31,989 bases of DNA from a virus. Below, piece after piece: positions 26,593 through 31,989 of the stretch. Position 1 is the stretch's first letter. Each line of letters begins with the position of its first letter. The stretch lies in the UHGV virus genome UHGV-0114034. The stretch is one strand, 5' to 3'. A model generated the notes under the pieces. The model searched no databases. It was not told the DNA's origin and saw nothing but the letters and a program-made list of their open reading frames with translations. Made by a program: the position numbers and the translations under genes.

Positions 26593-27078
26593 ATGAAATT
26601 AACACTTGATGCACTCAAGGAGTCCGGCGCGTTTACCGGTCGCCCGGTTGAGAAAGAAATCACCTGGACGCAAGGCGATAAAAAAATCACCGCGACCGTG
26701 TATGTTCGCCCGATGGGTTATCACACAGCAACGTCCGATGTGCTGGCTTTTGGTGGTAAGGTCGATGGTGTGGCAGGGCGTATCGCCGCATCCATCTGCG
26801 ATGAACATGGTAAACCCATCTTCACCCCGGCTGACATTACTGGTGAGGCAGATCCTGAACGTGGTGCACTGGATGGCGGCCTGACGGTAGCACTGCTTCT
26901 GGCCATTCAGGAAGTTAACGATCTGGGAAAGACTTCGAGCTCAGCGCCGAAGACGAATTCTGGTGCGAGCTCGTCCTCAACGGAATCGGAGGCAGAACAA
27001 TCGCCGAAGCGCGGGAAGTCCTCTCATTCAAAGAGTCCCAACTCTGGGCAAAGTACCGGGAACGATACGGGAGTCTGA
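26593..27078 (+). CDS. tail assembly chaperone G (zero-frame product)
   Basis: 161-aa ORF containing slippery heptamer GGGAAAG; zero-frame continuation is a Ser/Thr-rich tail. Confidence 0.6.
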   Translation: MKLTLDALKESGAFTGRPVEKEITWTQGDKKITATVYVRPMGYHTATSDVLAFGGKVDGVAGRIAASICDEHGKPIFTPADITGEADPERGALDGGLTVALLLAIQEVNDLGKTSSSAPKTNSGASSSSTESEAEQSPKRGKSSHSKSPNSGQSTGNDTGV

Positions 27079-27254
27079 ACCCTATGTTGCGGGTTGAGTG
27101 GGGTGCCGGGCTGGTGAGCAGCATGATAGCCAACGTTAACAGAGACCCCAAGCGCCCACCATTCAACCCGACCGATTTCACACTTCACTTTACCAAAGTC
27201 AAAGCTGCTGATGGACCAATCTCATTAGAGGAAGCCAGAGCCAGCTGGACATAA
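26593..27254 (+). CDS. tail assembly chaperone GT fusion via programmed -1 frameshift at 26925-26931
   Basis: -1 frame after GGGAAAG encodes a T-like domain (ELVLNGIGGRTIAEAREV...GSLNPMLRVEWG...) ending TAA at 27252-27254. Confidence 0.65.
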
Positions 27255-27273
27255 TGCCGCCAACGGAGAGTTT

Positions 27274-29694
27274 ATGGCTTCCAAATCACTGGGCACGCTG
27301 ACGATCGACCTGATTGCCAAAGTGGGCGGTTTTGTCTCAGGCCTCTCGCAGGCTGAGCGAGCTTCACAAAAATGGCGTAAGCAGGTAAAGGAGGATGCCG
27401 CTGCCGCTGCAGCTGCCATGACCGGATTCGCAACAGCAGTCGGGGCTGCAGCCATCGGAGCCGGAGTGGCGGGGTATAACCTGCTCAAAACCACTTCACG
27501 TCAGATTACCGAATCAGACCGCTGGGCAAAGTCACTTAACATGTCCACGCAGTCCCTGTTAGCCTGGCAATATGCTGCAGAAAAAGCAGGTGTTTCCGGC
27601 GATCAGATGGCCGATATCTTTAAAGATGTCGGAGACAAAATCGGTGATGCCGTTCTTAATAAATCTGGTGAGGCGGTCGGTGCGCTGGACGCTCTGGGTT
27701 TGTCGGCTAAGAAACTGGCCGGAGAATCTCCCGACAAGCAACTCCTGGCTATCAGCGACGCACTGGAGAAAGTTAAGTCCAACGCCGAGAAGACTACCAT
27801 CCTGGAGAGTCTGGGTAATGACCTGTCAAAGATGCTGCCGCTCCTGGACAATGGCAGTGAAAAGCTGCGTCAGTATATGGATGCCGCGAAGAAGTTTGGT
27901 GTGGCGCCCGATGACGCAGATATTGAAAAGCTGGTCAGAGTCAACGCCCTGTTTGAGGATATGGAGACGCAGGTCAACGGCGTCAAAATTGAACTTGCTG
28001 CAGGGCTCGCCAGCGTAGATTTGAGTGGGCTCCAGAAGTCTATTGGAGATATGGGGGATGTATTTAAAGACCCGGCTGTTATTCAGGGTCTGACTGATCT
28101 GGTTGGTGGGGTAGTGGACCTTGCCACCTGGCTGGTAAGGGTAGGAGCCGAGGCCGGAAAGCTGATAGACCAGTACAAAGGTGGGAGTTCGGTCGGCCTG
28201 AATGCCTCCATTCCAGAAATTGAACGGCGCATCAAGAACCTGAATGCAGATCTCGATGATAAAGGCATACTGGCGAGTTTCAACAGAATAGGTATGGACG
28301 TATCCGGTAAGGAGGCCGAAAGGGCTGAGCTCCAGAGGCGACTGGCCTTTTTGAGAAACTCCCAATCTACTCTACCGGAAATAAAACTGCCCGAGCCAGT
28401 CAAAACAAACTATACCCTTGGCGCCGGGGAAACAAACGGTAAGCCGCAAAAAAATACCTCTGGTCAGAAACTGGATTCAGCGTTTAAAAGCGCTGAGCGC
28501 AGTTACATGCGTCAGATTGAGCTGATCGATACCACCGGCAAAAAAACTGCTGTGGTGACCGAGCAGCAAAAACTGCAGTTCGATATAGCTGACGGCAAGT
28601 TGCAGGGGCTTAACGAAACCCAGAAGAAACGACTTGCGTCTCTGGCTCAGGAAGTTGATCGCCTTAATGCCGTCAAAAAAGCTAATGAAGAAAACGCGAA
28701 GGTAGCGGCGTTCGTGGCAAATCTGCAGGAGCAGAACGAGAATGCACGTGCAGATTTGGGCGTGGATATTCAGGGGGCCGGACTCGGTGACAAGCAGCGT
28801 GAAAGGCTGAGGGAAAGGCTGAGTATAGAGCGCAGTTATCTCGATCAGCAGCGCGATCTGCAAAAGCAGTATCAGTCAGGAGATATCAGCCAGACAGTTT
28901 ATGACCGCGAAACCCAGGCATTAAAGGATGCGCAAGCTGAGAGGCTGGGCATCCAGGAGGATTATTACAGTCAAATTGATGCGCTGCAGTCTGACTGGGT
29001 GACTGGCGCCAGAGACGGTCTCGCTGACTGGGTAGATGATTCAACTAACTATGCGACGCTGGCGGCGGACGCTATGAAAAGCGCGCTTTCCGGTATCAGC
29101 AGCAATATCGTCGACATGCTCAACGGCAATAAAGCGAGCTGGAAAGACTGGGGTGTCAGTGTTCTGAAAATCATCGAACAGGTGATGGTTAACATGATGA
29201 TCGCCAATGCAGCCAGCTCGATAGGCTCATTGTTCGGTGGTGCCGCATCGTCTTCCGCCAGCAGCGGTACTGCGATTCAGTCCTACGGGGCGAGCCTGCA
29301 ATTCAACGCCAAAGGCGGCGTTTACTCTTCTGCCGATCTCAGTCAGTACAGTAACTCTGTCGTCAGCTCTCCAACACTGTTTGCCTTTGCCAAAGGGGCC
29401 GGATTGATGGGGGAGGCTGGGCCGGAGGCTATTATGCCACTGACCCGCGCCGCTGACGGATCGCTGGGCGTGCGTGCTATGGGAATCTCAGGCTTAACAC
29501 CGGGTGGTAGTAGTGCTCCTCAGGTCAGTATTCAGATTGATGGCAATGGGAATACCCAGACTCAGGCTAGCGGTGGATATGAGCAATTCGGGCGGGAGGT
29601 AGGTAGTTTTGTTGATCGGCGATACCGCGAGTTGATAGGCCGTGACCTTTCACCCGGTGGCGCGGTCTGGAATCTGGCAAAAGGAGGGCGGTGA
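27274..29694 (+). CDS. tail tape measure protein
   Basis: 806-aa coiled-coil-rich ORF with Gly/Ala-rich and hydrophobic segments, after G/GT. Confidence 0.85.
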   Translation: MASKSLGTLTIDLIAKVGGFVSGLSQAERASQKWRKQVKEDAAAAAAAMTGFATAVGAAAIGAGVAGYNLLKTTSRQITESDRWAKSLNMSTQSLLAWQYAAEKAGVSGDQMADIFKDVGDKIGDAVLNKSGEAVGALDALGLSAKKLAGESPDKQLLAISDALEKVKSNAEKTTILESLGNDLSKMLPLLDNGSEKLRQYMDAAKKFGVAPDDADIEKLVRVNALFEDMETQVNGVKIELAAGLASVDLSGLQKSIGDMGDVFKDPAVIQGLTDLVGGVVDLATWLVRVGAEAGKLIDQYKGGSSVGLNASIPEIERRIKNLNADLDDKGILASFNRIGMDVSGKEAERAELQRRLAFLRNSQSTLPEIKLPEPVKTNYTLGAGETNGKPQKNTSGQKLDSAFKSAERSYMRQIELIDTTGKKTAVVTEQQKLQFDIADGKLQGLNETQKKRLASLAQEVDRLNAVKKANEENAKVAAFVANLQEQNENARADLGVDIQGAGLGDKQRERLRERLSIERSYLDQQRDLQKQYQSGDISQTVYDRETQALKDAQAERLGIQEDYYSQIDALQSDWVTGARDGLADWVDDSTNYATLAADAMKSALSGISSNIVDMLNGNKASWKDWGVSVLKIIEQVMVNMMIANAASSIGSLFGGAASSSASSGTAIQSYGASLQFNAKGGVYSSADLSQYSNSVVSSPTLFAFAKGAGLMGEAGPEAIMPLTRAADGSLGVRAMGISGLTPGGSSAPQVSIQIDGNGNTQTQASGGYEQFGREVGSFVDRRYRELIGRDLSPGGAVWNLAKGGR

Positions 29695-30032
29695 TGGCTA
29701 TAGAAACATTCAGCTGGTGTCCGCGCCCGAACGCGGAGCAGGAAGTGACATTCCGACGGCGCACCGCGCAGTTCGGTGACGGATATCAGCAGGTTTCCGG
29801 CGACGGGATTAATCCCCGCTCGCAGAAATGGACTCTCCAGTTTACCGGTACCGAAACGTATATCGGGGCGATTAAAGACTTTCTCGATCGCCATGCGGGC
29901 GTGACGGCGTTTCAGTGGCGCCCGCCGCTTGAGCCTCTCGGGCTTTACCGCTGCGACACCTACACACCAACGCCACTTGGTGCCGGGTTATTTAATCTTT
30001 CTGCAACTTTTGAACAGGCCTACAAACCATGA
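29691..30032 (+). CDS. minor tail protein M-like
   Basis: 113 aa; FGDGYQQ motif parallels lambda M FGDGYSQ. Confidence 0.7.
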   Translation: MMAIETFSWCPRPNAEQEVTFRRRTAQFGDGYQQVSGDGINPRSQKWTLQFTGTETYIGAIKDFLDRHAGVTAFQWRPPLEPLGLYRCDTYTPTPLGAGLFNLSATFEQAYKP

Positions 30033-30784
30033 GTCTTAACGCAGATTTTCAGAAGCTCGAACCTGGCGATGTGGTCAGGCTTTTCGAAGTGGATGGCACG
30101 GCATTTGGTACAGGTGATGTGCTGCGATTTCACAGCTACAGTCTTGCGCACTCTGAAGCCGAAATTATCGCTGCTGGCGGTGATGAAAATAAACTGCCAG
30201 CAAAATCTATCTGGTGGCAGGGTGAGGAGTATAAAGCGTGGCCATGCCAGATTGAGGGGATCGAAGCTTCAACCTCGGGAAGTAGTGCCCAGCCAAAACT
30301 TTCGGTTGCTAACCTCGACAGTTCGATCACCGCGCTTTGCCTGGCTTACGACGATATGCTGCAGGCGAAGGTGACGATACATGACACCCTTGGTAAGTAT
30401 CTCGATGCGAGAAACTTCACCGGAGGCAATCCGACAGCCGATCCGACCCAGGAGAAGCTGAAGGTTTTCTACATCGATGCAAAGAGCAGTGAAACCAATG
30501 AAGTTGTTGAGTTCACACTATCCAGCCCTATGGATCTGCAGGGGCTGATGATACCTACCCGCCAGCTTCATTCTCTGTGCACATGGTGCATCCGGAACAA
30601 GTACCGAACCGGCGACGGCTGCGACTATGCCGGTACGCGCTATTTCGACAAAAACAACAACCAGGTAAGCGATCCGTCACTGGATGAATGCAACGGAACG
30701 CTGACGGCCTGCAAACTTCGGTTCGGTGAAAACAACGAACTCTCGTTTGGTGGGTTCCCGGGTACGTCGCTGATCAGGAGTTGA
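30029..30784 (+). CDS. minor tail protein L-like (Fe-S cysteine cluster)
   Basis: 251 aa; C-terminal cysteines CTWC...C..C and final FGGFPG motif like lambda L. Confidence 0.75.
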   Translation: MSLNADFQKLEPGDVVRLFEVDGTAFGTGDVLRFHSYSLAHSEAEIIAAGGDENKLPAKSIWWQGEEYKAWPCQIEGIEASTSGSSAQPKLSVANLDSSITALCLAYDDMLQAKVTIHDTLGKYLDARNFTGGNPTADPTQEKLKVFYIDAKSSETNEVVEFTLSSPMDLQGLMIPTRQLHSLCTWCIRNKYRTGDGCDYAGTRYFDKNNNQVSDPSLDECNGTLTACKLRFGENNELSFGGFPGTSLIRS

Positions 30785-30785
30785 T

Positions 30786-31496
30786 ATGCGTCAGAAAACC
30801 ATCGATGCGATTATGGCGCATGCTGCAGCTGAATATCCTCGTGAGTGTTGCGGCGTGGTGGCGCAAAAGAGCCGGGTAGAGAAATATTTTCCATGTAGTA
30901 ACCTCGCTACCGAGCCGACAGAACATTTTCACCTGTCGCCAGAAGACTATGCAGCTGCTGAGGACTGGGGTACGGTGATCGCCATCGTTCACAGTCACCC
31001 TGACGCCACTACGCAGCCGAGCGAACTGGATAAAGCGCAATGCGACGCAACGCTTTTACCCTGGCATATTGTGAGCTGGCCGGAGGGGGATTTACGCACC
31101 ATCCAGCCGCGCGGAGAACTGCCACTGCTGGAGCGTCCGTTTGTGCTTGGACACTTCGACTGCTGGGGGCTGGTAATGAGCTATTTCCGGCAAACGCATG
31201 GTATCGAGCTCCACGATTACCGGGTGGATTATCCCTGGTGGGAAAACGACTATCCGGACAACTTCTATCAGGATTGCTGGTATGAGTGCGGATTCCGTGA
31301 ATTCGACGGGCCACCGAAACCCGGCGATATGGTGATCATGCAGGTCCAGGCTGATAAGTGGAATCACGCGGGAATCCTGCTGGAGGGCAATATGCTGCTG
31401 CACCACCTGTATGGACATCTGAGCCAGCGTGTGCCGTATGGTGGCTACTGGCAGGAAAGGACGATGAAGGTTCTACGTTACAAATCTCTGTGCTAA
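30786..31496 (+). CDS. tail assembly protein K-like (JAB/MPN plus NlpC/P60 domains)
   Basis: 236 aa; N-terminal HSHP JAB-type motif, C-terminal Cys/His NlpC/P60-like region. Confidence 0.8.
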   Translation: MRQKTIDAIMAHAAAEYPRECCGVVAQKSRVEKYFPCSNLATEPTEHFHLSPEDYAAAEDWGTVIAIVHSHPDATTQPSELDKAQCDATLLPWHIVSWPEGDLRTIQPRGELPLLERPFVLGHFDCWGLVMSYFRQTHGIELHDYRVDYPWWENDYPDNFYQDCWYECGFREFDGPPKPGDMVIMQVQADKWNHAGILLEGNMLLHHLYGHLSQRVPYGGYWQERTMKVLRYKSLC

Positions 31497-31525
31497 CCTT
31501 TTGTAAAACCAAAGGGGATAGGGAT

Positions 31526-31939
31526 ATGAAAAGAATTTTAGTTTTTACCTCCATCTTAATGGTTGCCGGTTGTGCAACTAAGCCGGTGACAAATGAACAA
31601 GCACAGGATGTTCCTGCAAAACAGGTTATCAGCAATACACTGCTAGTTAAAAAAGAAGGGACTGGCAAGGTAATAATCAAACGAGACTCTGGTTTTATGG
31701 GCAGCGCCTGCATGACCCGAGTTTATGTTGATGGCAAGGAGGTCGCAGACTTAGACACAGCTCAAAAGGTAACGGTCTATCCCAAAATTGGAGATCATAT
31801 CTTTAGCGCTTGGCCCAAAGGTATGTGTGGCGGAGGCATGAGCGAACAGTCGGGTAAGGTGACAGATACTGGGGTATTGATGTTTAGAGTTGGTTACGGA
31901 ACCAACGGTGATTTTGGTATCTACCCTACAGCATTGTAA
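31526..31939 (+). CDS. predicted lipoprotein (moron after gene K)
   Basis: 137 aa from MKRILVFTSILMVAGC (signal peptide plus lipobox VAGC); RBS AAGGGGATAGGG; AT-richer than flanking tail genes. Confidence 0.6.
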   Translation: MKRILVFTSILMVAGCATKPVTNEQAQDVPAKQVISNTLLVKKEGTGKVIIKRDSGFMGSACMTRVYVDGKEVADLDTAQKVTVYPKIGDHIFSAWPKGMCGGGMSEQSGKVTDTGVLMFRVGYGTNGDFGIYPTAL

Positions 31940-31989
31940 GCGTCGTCTGAGTACCGTCTGGTCCCGAATCCAGGATCCTGTAACTTAAG

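Noticed and set aside
27826-28365. 179-aa minus-strand ORF and other internal ORFs inside the tape measure gene
   Set aside because: Embedded antisense or out of frame within the 806-aa tape measure ORF.
31358-31525. Upstream extension of the lipoprotein ORF (193-aa version)
   Set aside because: Extension overlaps the 3' end of gene K in another frame; the internal Met at 31526 has an RBS and a signal peptide.

Overview
The window reads as a mosaic lambdoid (lambda/phage 21/HK97-like) prophage segment of an enterobacterial host, running from the early-left operon to the tail assembly genes. All calls rest on reading the ORF translations and sequence by eye; no database search was run. Layout: (1) 1-6700, leftward early genes: ASCH-like, DUF551, Ea22-like coiled-coil paralogs, Gp157-like, RecT, and an N antiterminator with a phage-21-type arginine-rich motif plus nutL. 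(2) 6700-9500, immunity region: OL/pL, a terminator-bracketed accessory cassette at the rexAB-equivalent position, CI with an S24 peptidase domain, OR, Cro, nutR. (3) 9500-15400: CII, O with in-gene iterons, DnaC-type loader, Ren-like, then a nin region (NinB, inserted HNH endonuclease, NinE/X/F-like, YbcO-like, RusA, NinH, Q). (4) 15340-17100: pR'-like promoter and terminator, two tRNAs (Asn-GTT, Thr-TGT), and a lambda-type S/R/Rz/Rz1 lysis cassette. (5) 17100-31940: small moron gene, HNH endonuclease, probable cos region, terminase small and large subunits, portal, ClpP-like protease, HK97-fold capsid, connector proteins, tail tube, G/GT chaperone with a GGGAAAG -1 frameshift site, tape measure, M/L/K-like tail proteins, and a terminal AT-rich lipoprotein moron. 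The best candidates for an undescribed system are the immunity-region cassette (7077-8055) and the lipoprotein after gene K (31526-31939); the HNH insertion at ninB is also worth a look.
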